From Thermoanaerobaculia bacterium (GTDB lineage: Bacteria > Acidobacteriota > Thermoanaerobaculia > Gp7-AA8), in contig DATLEY010000088.1 of assembly GCA_035525215.1 (NCBI GenBank), positions 8,159 through 72,158 on the forward strand: a DNA stretch of 64,000 nucleotides, given 5' to 3'. A program made the position numbers and the translations under genes. Positions 48,098 to 57,864 of this stretch are shown piece by piece. Every line of letters starts with the position of its first letter. Positions within the stretch are counted from its first letter, which is position 1. The notes under the pieces are model-generated. The model saw only the letters and a program-made list of their open reading frames with translations. It did not search any database and was not told where the DNA came from.

Positions 48098-49351
48098 ATG
48101 AAGGCGAATCGGCGGGAATTCCTGAAGATCGGTGGCGCAGCGGTCACCATTTCATTTCTCGGAGCTCGGGAGATTCTGGCCACCTCCGCCTCGGGCCAGC
48201 GGGTTGTCGTCGTCGTGCAGCTCGCGGGCGGCAACGACGCCATCAACACCTTCATCCCCTACACGGATCCCCGATACCGATCGCTCCGTCCCACGCTGGC
48301 CGTCAGCGATCAGGCCATCCTCAAGGTGGACTCCAGAATGGGGATGCATCCCTCGCTTTCCGGAGTTGTCGACCTCTACGCCCGGGGAAAATTCGCGTTC
48401 ATCAACAACGTCGGCTTCGGCGGACTGGATCGATCGCACTTCCATTGCCAGGACGTCTGGCAGAGCGGATTCGAGGAGGGACATGGACATGGATCCGGAT
48501 CGGGCGGATGGCTCGGACGATACGCGGATCTCTATCTGAGTCCCGCGGCGAGCTCGATCACCAGTCTTGCGATCGGCAGCCGCGTTCCGCTGGGACTCTC
48601 GGCCGGGGAAGTGATCCCGGTCGCCCTCACCAGTGCCGAGAACTATGACGTGTTGACGAATCCCCTCAGCGCGGACGATCGCCCCGAATGGATAAGCGCG
48701 ATTCGCAGTTCCTATGCGGCCGGCGGACGGGACGGAACGCTCGATGAAATCAGAATCAATGGCGAGTCGATGTTCCAGTCGATCGACCTGATGGCGACGA
48801 TTCCGTCGCCCTCGGTGACGGTGACGTACCCGCAATCGGCGCTGGGACGGGGGCTCGAGCTGGTGGCCAGAACCCTCCATGCCGACCTCGGGACACGACT
48901 GGTCTGGGTAGCCTCAGGAGGCTTCGATACGCACAGCACCCAGACGGGGACCCATGCCAATCTCCTCAGCGATGTCTCAGATTCGCTGGCCTCCTTCCAG
49001 GCGGATCTGGAAAGCCGCGGAATCTCGGAGCGTGTGGTCGTGATGGCCTGGTCTGAATTCGGCCGCCGCGCTCAGGAAAATGCGAGCGGCGGGACGGATC
49101 ATGGAAAAGCGGGATCCGTCTTTCTGCTCGGAGATGGAATCAAGGGTGGCTCGTTCTACGGTGAAGTTCCAGGCCTCGATGCTCTGGACGATGGCGACCT
49201 TCCGACGCAGATCGACTTCAGATCCGTTTACTGGACGCTCATCGAGTCCTGGCTCGGCAATGATCCCGAGCCGGTCCTTCATGGGCGTTATGCGAACCTG
49301 GGGTTCATCGAGAAGGAGACGGTTGGCCGGCGGCGCGTCGTCAGGCGATGA
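48098..49351 (+). CDS. DUF1501 family protein (sulfatase-like fold) with Tat signal
   Basis: Twin-arginine signal NRREFLKIGGAAVTI, then the DUF1501 core (LAGGNDAINT, GGFDTHS). Typical partner of DUF1800. Confidence 0.8.
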   Translation: MKANRREFLKIGGAAVTISFLGAREILATSASGQRVVVVVQLAGGNDAINTFIPYTDPRYRSLRPTLAVSDQAILKVDSRMGMHPSLSGVVDLYARGKFAFINNVGFGGLDRSHFHCQDVWQSGFEEGHGHGSGSGGWLGRYADLYLSPAASSITSLAIGSRVPLGLSAGEVIPVALTSAENYDVLTNPLSADDRPEWISAIRSSYAAGGRDGTLDEIRINGESMFQSIDLMATIPSPSVTVTYPQSALGRGLELVARTLHADLGTRLVWVASGGFDTHSTQTGTHANLLSDVSDSLASFQADLESRGISERVVVMAWSEFGRRAQENASGGTDHGKAGSVFLLGDGIKGGSFYGEVPGLDALDDGDLPTQIDFRSVYWTLIESWLGNDPEPVLHGRYANLGFIEKETVGRRRVVRR

Positions 49352-49498
49352 TGCGACGTCCGGCGTGTCCGCGCGGGCTGCTCCTACAGGGGTGCGTGAA
49401 TGACCCCCCTTCCCCGCGGCCCGCCCTCCACGCGAGTGTTTAGAGGCCCGTACGGGATGCAGTCGATCGGTCCTCGGACTTATGTTAAAAGCGGCACG

Positions 49499-49714
49499 AT
49501 GAACGGAGAGGAAATCCCGCGGGACCTGCAGGGCCGGACAGGGAAACATTCCTGCATCGTCTGCCTCCGCGTGATTCCCGCGGACGAGTATTTCCGCAAC
49601 GATTTCATCTGCGACGACTGCATCGAGGTTGCGGACGGTTCGTCGGACGGGGAGACGGGGAGGGATGAAAGCGCCGGCGAATCCGTGATGAAGTCGAGCG
49701 CCGGGGGCGAGTGA
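49499..49714 (+). CDS. small zinc-ribbon-like protein (CIVC ... CDDC), hypothetical
   Basis: 71 aa from the ATG at 49499. Two CxxC pairs about 17 aa apart and an acidic tail. The stop overlaps the GT4 start. Weak evidence. Confidence 0.3.
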   Translation: MNGEEIPRDLQGRTGKHSCIVCLRVIPADEYFRNDFICDDCIEVADGSSDGETGRDESAGESVMKSSAGGE

Positions 49715-50823
49715 GCGAGCTCTCGCAGATGCGGGTTGCCGTGGTCCACGACTGGCTCACCGGCCAGCGCGGAGGCGAGCATGTCCTCGAGGCGATCCTC
49801 GAGCTGGTTCCCTCCGCGGAGATCTTCACCCTCTTCCACTTCCCCGGCCGCGTCTCCGCGGCGATCGAGAGACACCCGATTCGAACGAGTGCCCTCCAGG
49901 CGTGGGCCCTCCGTGTTCCCGATTACCGCCACCTTCTGCCGTTCTTTCCTCGGGCGGTGGAGCGGTGGGATCTGAGCGGCTTCGATCTGGTGATCTCCTC
50001 CAGCCACTGCGTGGCGAAGGGAGTCCAGAGCGAGGCTCCGCACCTCAGCTACTGCCACACGCCGATGCGGTACATCTGGGACCGTTTCGACGATTACTTT
50101 CCCCGATCACGTCCCCTTCGGCGGATGGCGGGGAAGGCGATCGCACCATGGCTGCGCCGATGGGATCGCGCCAGTTCTTCGCGCGTCGATCATTTCGTCG
50201 CCAACTCCGCCTTCGTGGCCGATCGGATCCGGCGCTTTTACGGACGGGAGGCGGAAGTGATTCACCCATTCGTGGACGCCCGCTTTTTCGAGCCGCCTCT
50301 CCGCCAGAATCGTGAATCTTTCCATCTCGTTCTCTCGGCCCTCGTCCCGTACAAGCGCATCGATCTCGCGATTGAAGCGGCGGCGCGGGGAGGGGAACGA
50401 TTGATCATCGCCGGCTCGGGTCCGGGCCTCGAGGAACTATCGAAGAAGGCCGGCCCGAACGTCGAGCTGCGCGGATGGGTCACCGATGGCGAGATCCTCG
50501 ACCTGCTGAGCCGGGCTACCAGTCTGATCATTCCGGGCATCGAGGACTTCGGGATTACCGCGCTCGAGGCGCTGGCCTCTGGAACGCCTGTCGTCTCGAT
50601 TGCCGCCGGAGGAGTGCCGGAATCCATCGTTCACGAATCCTCGGGTATTCTCCTCGAGGAGATGAATGCGGAATCGCTGCTCGGAGGGATGCGCGAAGCA
50701 GCATCGCGACCGTGGGACCGCGCTGCCATGCGCGCGCGCGCGGAAGGGTTCAGCCGGCGACGTTTCCAGGATGAGCTCCGTAATTCGATCCAGAGGGTCG
50801 TGGCGGGAGGCCGCCGGGGATGA
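49711..50823 (+). CDS. glycosyltransferase family 4 (GT-B, retaining)
   Basis: C-terminal GT4 motifs (ERLIIAGSGPG ... IPGIEDFGITALEALASGTPVV). Alternative ATG at 49729. Confidence 0.8.
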   Translation: MSELSQMRVAVVHDWLTGQRGGEHVLEAILELVPSAEIFTLFHFPGRVSAAIERHPIRTSALQAWALRVPDYRHLLPFFPRAVERWDLSGFDLVISSSHCVAKGVQSEAPHLSYCHTPMRYIWDRFDDYFPRSRPLRRMAGKAIAPWLRRWDRASSSRVDHFVANSAFVADRIRRFYGREAEVIHPFVDARFFEPPLRQNRESFHLVLSALVPYKRIDLAIEAAARGGERLIIAGSGPGLEELSKKAGPNVELRGWVTDGEILDLLSRATSLIIPGIEDFGITALEALASGTPVVSIAAGGVPESIVHESSGILLEEMNAESLLGGMREAASRPWDRAAMRARAEGFSRRRFQDELRNSIQRVVAGGRRG

Positions 50824-52223
50824 TTCAGAGGAAGTACGAGCGGCTCGCAGCCGTCTATGTGATCAATGACGTCGCCGCCTCGGCGATGGCGCTGATGATG
50901 GCGTATTGGCTGCGGTTCGCCGTTCAGGTGATTCCCCTGACCAAAGGACCGCAGGAGCTCGCGATCTACGCGCGGATCCTTCCTCTGGTTTTGCTGGTGT
51001 TCCCTCTCGCCTTCGCCTTTCAGGGTCTCTACAGGATCCGGCCGACTCGTCGTCCAGTGGAGGAATGGGTCGCGGTGACTGCGGCTACGGTTCTCGGGTC
51101 GCTGGCTCTTTCCGGAATCCTCCTCTGGTTTCGCCCTGAGGGGGTGCTCGTGGAGTACTCCCGAGCAATGCTTGGTCTCTTCGTGGTGTGCGAGATCGTG
51201 CTCGTCATGGCAGGCCGGACGCTCGTCCGGCGCGCGATGCAGCGGCGGTATCGGGCGGGTCGCAGCCTCGAACGGGTGCTGGTGGCCGGGAGCGGCGAGC
51301 TGGCGAAAGCCGTGGTGGCCAGACTGCGGTCCCATCAGGAGCTCGGGTTTTCGCTGGCCGGCTATGTCTCCGAAGAAGGGGCGATCGAAGGGCTGCCCCG
51401 GCTCGGATCCCTGGCCGACGCAGGGAAGGTCGTCACGGCCGAAGGAATCGACCATGTGTTCGTGGCGCTGCCGCACGGTTCGTCGTCGCAGATGATGGAG
51501 CTGCTCGACCGGTTGACCCGGGAAACGATCGCGTCGCTGCACGTCGTCCCCGACCTTCTGCAGTTCATGGCCATTCGCTCGCGAGTCGAGGACGTGGACG
51601 GCCTTCCGACGATCAACCTCTCGGAGACGCCGCTCGACGGCTGGAGCCTCGCACTGAAGCGGCTGTTCGATCTCGCTTTCGCGGCGATCGCGTTGATCCT
51701 TCTCGCTCCCCTGATGCTGATCGTTGCGCTGCTGATCCGCCTCGAGGATCGAGGGCCGGTGTTCTACCGGCAGATCCGCATGGGCCTCGACGGCGTCGCC
51801 TTCCAGATTCTGAAGTTCCGATCCATGCGCATCGACGCGGAGACGGACTCGGGAGCGAAGTGGGCGGATCGTGAAGATCCGCGGCGGACGCGGATGGGGC
51901 GATGGATCCGCGCCTGGTCGCTCGACGAGCTGCCACAGCTGCTCAACGTGATTCTGGGCGAGATGAGCCTCGTCGGTCCCCGGCCCGAGAGGCCCGAGTT
52001 CGTCGCGCTTTTCCGCGCCGAGTATCCGCACTACATGCTTCGGCACAAGGTTCGAGCGGGAATGACCGGGTGGGCGCAGGTCCACGGCTGGAGGGGAAAC
52101 ACTTCCGTGAGGATGCGCCTCGAGCACGACCTCTATTACATCGAGAACTGGTCGCTTCTGCTGGACCTCAAGATCCTTCTGATGACGCTCCGCCACGGGC
52201 TGAAGCACGAGAATGCGTATTGA
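50820..52223 (+). CDS. undecaprenyl-phosphate hexose-1-phosphate transferase (bacterial sugar transferase, WbaP/EpsB-like)
   Basis: Four to five N-terminal TM helices, a Rossmann-like middle domain, and the C-terminal signature DELPQLLNVILGEMSLVGPRPERPEFV. ATGA overlap with the GT4 stop. Confidence 0.85.
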   Translation: MIQRKYERLAAVYVINDVAASAMALMMAYWLRFAVQVIPLTKGPQELAIYARILPLVLLVFPLAFAFQGLYRIRPTRRPVEEWVAVTAATVLGSLALSGILLWFRPEGVLVEYSRAMLGLFVVCEIVLVMAGRTLVRRAMQRRYRAGRSLERVLVAGSGELAKAVVARLRSHQELGFSLAGYVSEEGAIEGLPRLGSLADAGKVVTAEGIDHVFVALPHGSSSQMMELLDRLTRETIASLHVVPDLLQFMAIRSRVEDVDGLPTINLSETPLDGWSLALKRLFDLAFAAIALILLAPLMLIVALLIRLEDRGPVFYRQIRMGLDGVAFQILKFRSMRIDAETDSGAKWADREDPRRTRMGRWIRAWSLDELPQLLNVILGEMSLVGPRPERPEFVALFRAEYPHYMLRHKVRAGMTGWAQVHGWRGNTSVRMRLEHDLYYIENWSLLLDLKILLMTLRHGLKHENAY

Positions 52224-52227
52224 GGCA

Positions 52228-52259
52228 GGGAAGAGGGTAGACGAGCGAGGGAAGAGGGA
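52228..52259. repeat. purine-rich GGGAAGAGGGTAGACGAGCGAGGGAAGAGGGA motif immediately 3' of the sugar transferase stop, flanking repeat copy E
   Basis: See 29949-29973. An inverted partner lies at 52547-52587. Confidence 0.6.
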
Positions 52260-52277
52260 GATCGAGCGGGGGAGGCG

Positions 52278-52508
52278 GGTCATTCAGAGGCCGCACGGGA
52301 GACCGGAGTGGCGGGAAGAATGGTCTCGCGGCCGAAGAATCTCAGAATGCGTAGACCGTTGTCGGATTCTTGTGCCGGTGCACTCGCATCCTAGGAACGC
52401 GTCTGTACGTGTATAAGAACCCGACAGCGATCATCGCGGCTGAGATTCTTCGGCCGCGACGCCCAGCTCATATTCTGCCCGGCTGACGCGTGCGGCCTCT
52501 GAATGACC
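52278..52508 (+). repeat. nested-palindromic repeat element, copy E
   Basis: Full-length copy between the convergent sugar-transferase (+) and hemL (-) genes. Both flanks carry the purine-rich motif in inverted orientation. Confidence 0.9.
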
Positions 52509-52546
52509 CACCACCCTCACGCCTTCTGCCTGCGAACGCCGCCTCT

Positions 52547-52587
52547 CCCTCTCCCCTCGCTCCTCTACCCTCTTCCCTGAACTTCCC
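52547..52587. repeat. inverted copy of the purine-rich motif (CCCTCTCCCCTCGCTCCTCTACCCTCTTCCCTG), immediately 3' of the hemL stop on the minus strand
   Basis: Its reverse complement is CAGGGAAGAGGGTAGAGGAGCGAGGGGAGAGGG. Confidence 0.6.
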
Positions 52588-53886
52588 TCACTTCTCGAAT
52601 TCCCAGACGATCTTCTTGAAGCCGCGGTCGGCGCGCTCGACGATCTGCTGAACGTCCTTCTTGGCGTGAGCGGAGGAGAAGAAGGCCGCCTCGAATTGTG
52701 AGGGGGGGAGATAGACGCCGTCGTTGAGCATGAGGTGGAAGAAACGACTGAACTTTTCGAGATTGGATTGGCGGGCCGACTCGAGGTCCACGACCGGCCC
52801 CTCCGCGAAGAAGATCGTCCACATCGAGCCGACGCGGTTCAGCGTCACGGCGATCCGGTGCTTCGCGGCGGCCTTCCGGATTCCTTGATCGAACTCCGAT
52901 GATCGGAGCTCGAGCTCCTTGTAAATGCCCTCGTTCTTGAGAATGCTGAGCGTCGACTTCCCGGCCGCAACCGCGAGCGGATTTCCGGAAAGCGTCCCGG
53001 CCTGATACATCGGACCGACTGGCGACACCAGATCCATCAACGCTCTGGGACCCGCGTACGCGGCGAGAGGAAGACCCCCACCGATGATTTTTCCGAGGGT
53101 CGTGATGTCGGGCGACACGTCGTAGAGCGTCTGCGCTCCTCCCCATGAGACGCGAAACCCGGTCATCACCTCGTCGAAGATCAGAAGGGTCCCGGTCGAG
53201 TCGCAGAGACGTCGCAGCCCGCTGAGAAAGCCGTCCGCCGGCGGGATGCATCCCATGTTTCCGGCGACCGGCTCGACGATGATCGCCGCAAACTCTTTCG
53301 GAAGCTCGTTGAGAATCCGCTCCACCGCACCGAGGTCGTTGTAAGGAGCGCTGTGGGTGAGCGCAGCCAGTTCCGGGGGGACTCCGGCGGAGTCGGGCTT
53401 GCCGAAGGTGAGGCCGCCCGATCCGGCAGTGACCAGAAGCGAGTCGACATGCCCGTGATAGCCGCCGTCGAATTTCAGGATCCTCTTTCTCCCGGTGGCC
53501 GCTCGCGCCAGCCGGACCGCGCTCATGGTGGCCTCTGTCCCCGAGTTCACGAGCCTGACCATCTCCACTGAGGGGAAGGCGTCGATGATGATCTCCGCGA
53601 GATCGATCTCCGCCGCCGTCGGCGCGCCGTACGAGAATCCCTTCGTTGCCGCTTTCTTCACCGCTTCGACCACGTAACGATGTGCGTGTCCAAGGATCAG
53701 CGGACCCCACGACCCTACACAGTCGATGTACTGGAGGTTATCGACGTCGAAGATGCGCGATCCCTGTCCCTGATCGATGAAGGGCGGCGTGCCGCCGACG
53801 GCTTTGAACGCTCGCACGGGAGAGTTCACGCCGCCAGGAATCAGCTCTTGAGCTTTTTGAAAGAGAGTCTCGGATTGTTTGCCCAT
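52588..53886 (-). CDS. hemL: glutamate-1-semialdehyde 2,1-aminomutase
   Basis: Contains GGVNSPVRAF and DEVMTGFR, with the PLP Lys region. ATG at 53886 inside the longer 54072 ORF. Confidence 0.9.
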   Translation of the reverse strand: MGKQSETLFQKAQELIPGGVNSPVRAFKAVGGTPPFIDQGQGSRIFDVDNLQYIDCVGSWGPLILGHAHRYVVEAVKKAATKGFSYGAPTAAEIDLAEIIIDAFPSVEMVRLVNSGTEATMSAVRLARAATGRKRILKFDGGYHGHVDSLLVTAGSGGLTFGKPDSAGVPPELAALTHSAPYNDLGAVERILNELPKEFAAIIVEPVAGNMGCIPPADGFLSGLRRLCDSTGTLLIFDEVMTGFRVSWGGAQTLYDVSPDITTLGKIIGGGLPLAAYAGPRALMDLVSPVGPMYQAGTLSGNPLAVAAGKSTLSILKNEGIYKELELRSSEFDQGIRKAAAKHRIAVTLNRVGSMWTIFFAEGPVVDLESARQSNLEKFSRFFHLMLNDGVYLPPSQFEAAFFSSAHAKKDVQQIVERADRGFKKIVWEFEK

Positions 53887-53939
53887 CGCCGGCGGATTAT
53901 ACGGGTCCGCGCGATTCGGCTTTCGCCCTGCGGCGGATC

Positions 53940-54887
53940 TCACCCTGTCGGCTTCTCCTCGGACCACTCGCGTACGGAGATCCAGCTTCCGATGAAGCCC
54001 GCGAAGATCCCACCGCCCACCAGCATGAGGATCTTCGGCCAGGGAAGAAAGGTGGTGAAAAGAAAGCTCCACAGGAGCGCGCTCCCGGGCCCGATCGCGC
54101 GCTCTCCTGCGAGGAACGCTCCCCAGAGGATCGCGATGGCCAGCACTCCTCCGAACAGACCCTGCATCAACCCTTCGACCAGAAACGGACCCCGGATGAT
54201 CCGCTCGGTCGCGCCGACCAGCCGCATGATGTCGATCTCTTCACGGTAGAGGACCATGGTCAGCCGGATCACATTGGCGATCGTGAAGATCGCAGCGAGG
54301 GCGAGGATCCCTCCGGCGATCCATCCCGCCAGATTGATCGCGTCGACGAGCTTTCTCATCCGCACGATCCAGTCCCAGTCGAACTGAACGTCCTCTACCG
54401 CCGCATGCCCGCGAATGGAGGCAATGCGCCGGCTCAGCTCGAGCGATCCGTGAAAGTGCGCCGGGATCTCGACCTCGATCGACGGAGGAAAGGGACTCTG
54501 ATCGAGCTCGTCGACGATGCCCCCCAGATCGCGGAAGCTTGTCTTGAAGCGGCGAAGTGCCTCGTCCCGGTCGACCATGGTTCTCGTGGAAAAAGCGGGG
54601 AAGGCGTCCAGTTCCTGCTGAAGTGACCGAACCTGCTCTCCGGGCGCATCCGTTTTGAGGTAGATGGTCAGACGCGAGCGCTGCTGCCATCGTCCGACGG
54701 CGCGATCGAGGTTCTCGGCCAGGAGAAGGAACGCGCCGAGAATGACGAGAGCGATCGCAATCATCGCGATCGAGACGAAACTGGTTTTGCGCGAGATCCA
54801 GATCCGGCGGAGCGCCTCCCGAAAGAAATATCCGACCGTCGAGCGGGAGGCCAGGGCGGGGTCGCTGTCGCGGGATCGCGAGGACAT
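53940..54887 (-). CDS. ftsX: cell division ABC transporter permease FtsX
   Basis: 315 aa. N-terminal TM helix, a periplasmic domain and three C-terminal TM helices. Contains the MRLVGAT motif. Directly follows ftsE. Confidence 0.85.
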   Translation of the reverse strand: MSSRSRDSDPALASRSTVGYFFREALRRIWISRKTSFVSIAMIAIALVILGAFLLLAENLDRAVGRWQQRSRLTIYLKTDAPGEQVRSLQQELDAFPAFSTRTMVDRDEALRRFKTSFRDLGGIVDELDQSPFPPSIEVEIPAHFHGSLELSRRIASIRGHAAVEDVQFDWDWIVRMRKLVDAINLAGWIAGGILALAAIFTIANVIRLTMVLYREEIDIMRLVGATERIIRGPFLVEGLMQGLFGGVLAIAILWGAFLAGERAIGPGSALLWSFLFTTFLPWPKILMLVGGGIFAGFIGSWISVREWSEEKPTG

Positions 54888-55601
54888 CTACCAGCTCATG
54901 AAATCGCCGGATCGCTCCGGCTGGGGGAGCTCCGTCACCACCGGTCGTTCGTCGATGAGACGTCCGCCTTCGAGCCGGAGCGTTCGTTTGCCGGCCGCGC
55001 GGATGAGAGTCTCATCGTGGGTGGCCAGGAGCACGGTGGATCCTCGGACGTTCGCATCGAGAAAAATCTGGAGGATCTCCCGGGAGAGCTCGGGATCCAG
55101 ATTCCCGGTCGGCTCATCGGCGACGAGAACACGGGGGTCGTTGATCAGCGCGCGAGCGATGGCTACACGCTGCTGCTCGCCGCCCGACAGCTGCCGGGGA
55201 TAGGAATTGAGCTTCTGCTGCAGATTGACAGCGCGCAGTACCGCATACGCTTTTCTTTTCTGTTCCTTCGCGGGAGTTCCGAGGATGGTCATCACGAAGG
55301 CGAGGTTCTCGAGAACGGTCATCCGGTCGAGCAGCTTGAAGTCCTGGAAGACCATGCCGACCTCGCGGCGGAAGAAGGGAAGGTGGGCGCGCTTCATCGC
55401 GGCGAGATTCCGGCCGTTCACGACGATCTGTCCCTCGCTCGGGACGAGTTGGCGCAGCACCAGTTTGAGGAGGGTCGATTTACCCGCGCCCGAGGGACCG
55501 GTCAGAAAGACGAACTCCCCCTTCTCGATCTGGACGTTCACGTCCCTCAGCGCTACGTTCTCACGATCGAACCGCTTGGTGACGTGATAGAAGTGAATCA
55601 C
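54888..55601 (-). CDS. ftsE: cell division ATP-binding protein FtsE
   Basis: Walker [13 protein letters not shown] signature [14 protein letters not shown] and Walker [13 protein letters not shown]. The GTG start at 55601 gives 237 aa. The listed ORF extends further upstream. Confidence 0.9.
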   Translation of the reverse strand: MIHFYHVTKRFDRENVALRDVNVQIEKGEFVFLTGPSGAGKSTLLKLVLRQLVPSEGQIVVNGRNLAAMKRAHLPFFRREVGMVFQDFKLLDRMTVLENLAFVMTILGTPAKEQKRKAYAVLRAVNLQQKLNSYPRQLSGGEQQRVAIARALINDPRVLVADEPTGNLDPELSREILQIFLDANVRGSTVLLATHDETLIRAAGKRTLRLEGGRLIDERPVVTELPQPERSGDFMSW

Positions 55602-55765
55602 GGGAACGATGATAACGCGGCGGGGCTGTGGTTGTGGCGCCGGCCTCCGGCCGGTTGGCGTGAAGAGTGGCGGGCGGCGTCCCGCCGCCCAGCCCCGATC
55701 CAGGAACGGCGGGCTCACGCACCCTGTCTGCTGAAAGCCGGCGCCCCGGAGAAGCGCTCACACAG

Positions 55766-56578
55766 TCAGATCGCTTCGACGATCCGCTTCATCAATCCGA
55801 CGAACTGCTTCTCGACGCGCGCGGTCGTCTCCAGCACCTCCGCGTGAGTCAGCTTCTGCGGGAGGATCCCGGCAGCCATGTTCGTGATGCAGGAAATCCC
55901 GAGCACGGGGATCTGCATGTGCGAGAAGGCGATCGCTTCAGGGACGGTCGACATCCCCGTGGCGTCCGCACCGAGGATCCTGAAGGCGCGGATCTCGGCG
56001 GGGGTCTCATAGGCGGGACCGGGGAGCCCGGCGTAGACCCCTACCTGCAGCTCGATTCCCTCCGCCGCGGCAGCCTGCCTTGCGATGGCGCGGAGCGCCT
56101 CCGGATAGACCGCGGTCATGTCGGGAAACCGGGCTCCGAGCTCGTCGAGATTCTTTCCTCGGAGAGGGTGGCTTTCGAAAAAATTCAGATGATCGCTGAT
56201 CAGCATCAGGTCGCCGGCGGAGAACGATGCATTGATGCCCCCGGCCGCATTCGTGATGACCGCGGTGCCGATGCCGAGGCGTCCCAGGACCCGCGGAAGG
56301 AAGACGACCTCCGGCATCTCGAACCCTTCGTAGTAGTGAACGCGTCCCTGCATCACCGCCAGCTGGGTCCCCCCGATCGTTCCGAAGACGAGCTTTCCCG
56401 AGTGTCCGGTGACACTGGAGACCGGAGCGCCGGGGATCTCGCTGTAGCGGACGGCCGTCGGATTTTCGACAGCATCGGCGAAGGCTCCGAGGCCGGAACC
56501 GAGAATGACGCCGATGGACGGGCGGAGATCGGTGCGCGTGCGGAGAAACGCAACGGCGCGGTCGATACGGTCGAGCAT
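55766..56578 (-). CDS. punA: purine nucleoside phosphorylase (PNP/MTAP family I)
   Basis: Contains IGVILGSGLG, the HSGKLVFG-type phosphate-binding region and GMSTVPE. Confidence 0.8.
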   Translation of the reverse strand: MLDRIDRAVAFLRTRTDLRPSIGVILGSGLGAFADAVENPTAVRYSEIPGAPVSSVTGHSGKLVFGTIGGTQLAVMQGRVHYYEGFEMPEVVFLPRVLGRLGIGTAVITNAAGGINASFSAGDLMLISDHLNFFESHPLRGKNLDELGARFPDMTAVYPEALRAIARQAAAAEGIELQVGVYAGLPGPAYETPAEIRAFRILGADATGMSTVPEAIAFSHMQIPVLGISCITNMAAGILPQKLTHAEVLETTARVEKQFVGLMKRIVEAI

Positions 56579-56595
56579 GGCGCGGGATTATTGCA

Positions 56596-56756
56596 CTGTG
56601 CCGCCGGCTGGCGCGCGAAGCGCGCTTCATCCGAAGATTTTCGCGGGGGTGGGGGCTGGGCGGCGAGACGCCGCCCGCCACTCTGTACCGCCGGCTTGCA
56701 CGGCCTGAGAGCCCGCGCGCTTCGCGCGCCTTACCGGCCGGAGGCCGGCGGTACAG
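56596..56756. other. GC-rich inverted-duplication / hairpin array between the rluD stop and punA start
   Basis: CTGTGCCGCCGGC...GGCGCGCGAAGCGCGC (56596-56625) is partly repeated at 56683-56695. It is present inverted as GCGCGCTTCGCGCGCC...GCCGGCGGTACAG (56715-56756). The sub-hairpins CCGGCCGGAGGCCGG and GCGCGCTTCGCGCGC are also present. Confidence 0.7.
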
Positions 56757-56761
56757 TAGCT

Positions 56762-57733
56762 TCAGCTCGCCTCGGGGTCGATTCTCGAGCCGATGGCCGC
56801 GAGCAAGGCTCGAAAGTCCTCCGGGAGAGGCGCGCTGACGGTCATGGCGGCGCCGGTTCGCGGATGCGGAAAGGAGAGCCGCCGTGCATGCAGGGCCTGC
56901 CGCGGAAACGAGGCGATGGCCTTCTGAATCTTCTTGTCGGGAATTCCACGCCATTGCGGTCCTGAGTACGCCGGGTCGCCGACGATCGGATGTCCCAGGC
57001 TCTTCAAATGAACCCGGATCTGATGCGTCCTGCCGGTTTTCAGGGTGCAGCGAAGGAGAGCGAGGTAGCGCATCGCTTCGATCGTCTCGTACTCGGTGTG
57101 GGCCCTGCGGCCCGTGGAAACGACCGCCATCCGCTTCCGGTCTCGCGGATCGCGTCCGATGGATCCCTCGATGGAGCCTCGAGAGGGAACGGGGGCGCCG
57201 TAGACCAGTGCGAGGTACGACTTGGTGACCTGGTCGCCGTTCCAGACCGCCGTGAGAGCGCGATGCGCCGCGTCGTTCTTCGCGATGATGACGACCCCGC
57301 TGGTGTCCTTGTCGAGCCGGTGGACGATTCCCGGGCGGAGCTCGCCACCGACACCGCTGAGATCGCCGAGCCGGTACAGAAGGGCGTTGACCAGCGTCCC
57401 GTCTGCATGGCCCGCGGCCGGATGCATGACCAGGCCTGGCGGCTTGTCGATGACCGCGAGATCCTCATCCTCGAACAGGAGGGTCAGAGGAATGTCCTGA
57501 GGGGGGAGGCCTGCGGCGGAGGGGGGAGGGATGGAGACCTCGACCTCGTCGCCCGCCGAGAGGGTCGAGGACTTCCGATCGCAGATGCGCCCGAAGATTG
57601 CAACGCGGCCTTCTTCGATCAGCCTCACCAGTTGATTGCGGCTCCGGCCCGGCAGGAGGAAAACGAGAACCTGGTCGAGGCGCTTTCCGTCATACTCGGC
57701 AGGAATCACAAAATGGTGAATCTCGGGCTCCAC
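56762..57733 (-). CDS. rluD: 23S rRNA pseudouridine synthase, RluD subfamily
   Basis: S4-like N-terminus (RLDQVLVFLLPGRSRNQLVRLIEEGRV) and catalytic motif HRLDKDTSGVVIIAKN. A GTG start at 57733 gives 324 aa. The ORF extends to 57820. Confidence 0.85.
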   Translation of the reverse strand: MEPEIHHFVIPAEYDGKRLDQVLVFLLPGRSRNQLVRLIEEGRVAIFGRICDRKSSTLSAGDEVEVSIPPPSAAGLPPQDIPLTLLFEDEDLAVIDKPPGLVMHPAAGHADGTLVNALLYRLGDLSGVGGELRPGIVHRLDKDTSGVVIIAKNDAAHRALTAVWNGDQVTKSYLALVYGAPVPSRGSIEGSIGRDPRDRKRMAVVSTGRRAHTEYETIEAMRYLALLRCTLKTGRTHQIRVHLKSLGHPIVGDPAYSGPQWRGIPDKKIQKAIASFPRQALHARRLSFPHPRTGAAMTVSAPLPEDFRALLAAIGSRIDPEAS

Positions 57734-57864
57734 TTCCGGCGGAGTATAACGGCGGGAACCGCCGTTCTCGCTGGAGCGGACGTTGTCGCATACAATGTGC
57801 GGTACGCGGTAGACGACCACGGGGCCGTTCGTCGATTACCGGAATTCAAAAGCAAGGGGAAAAC

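Noticed and set aside
49385-49408. GGTGCGTGAATGACCCCCC after the DUF1501 stop as a seventh repeat copy.
   Set aside because: It matches only about 19 nt of the right terminal inverted repeat, with a 5-nt deletion. That is too short to call a copy. It is mentioned only as a possible remnant.
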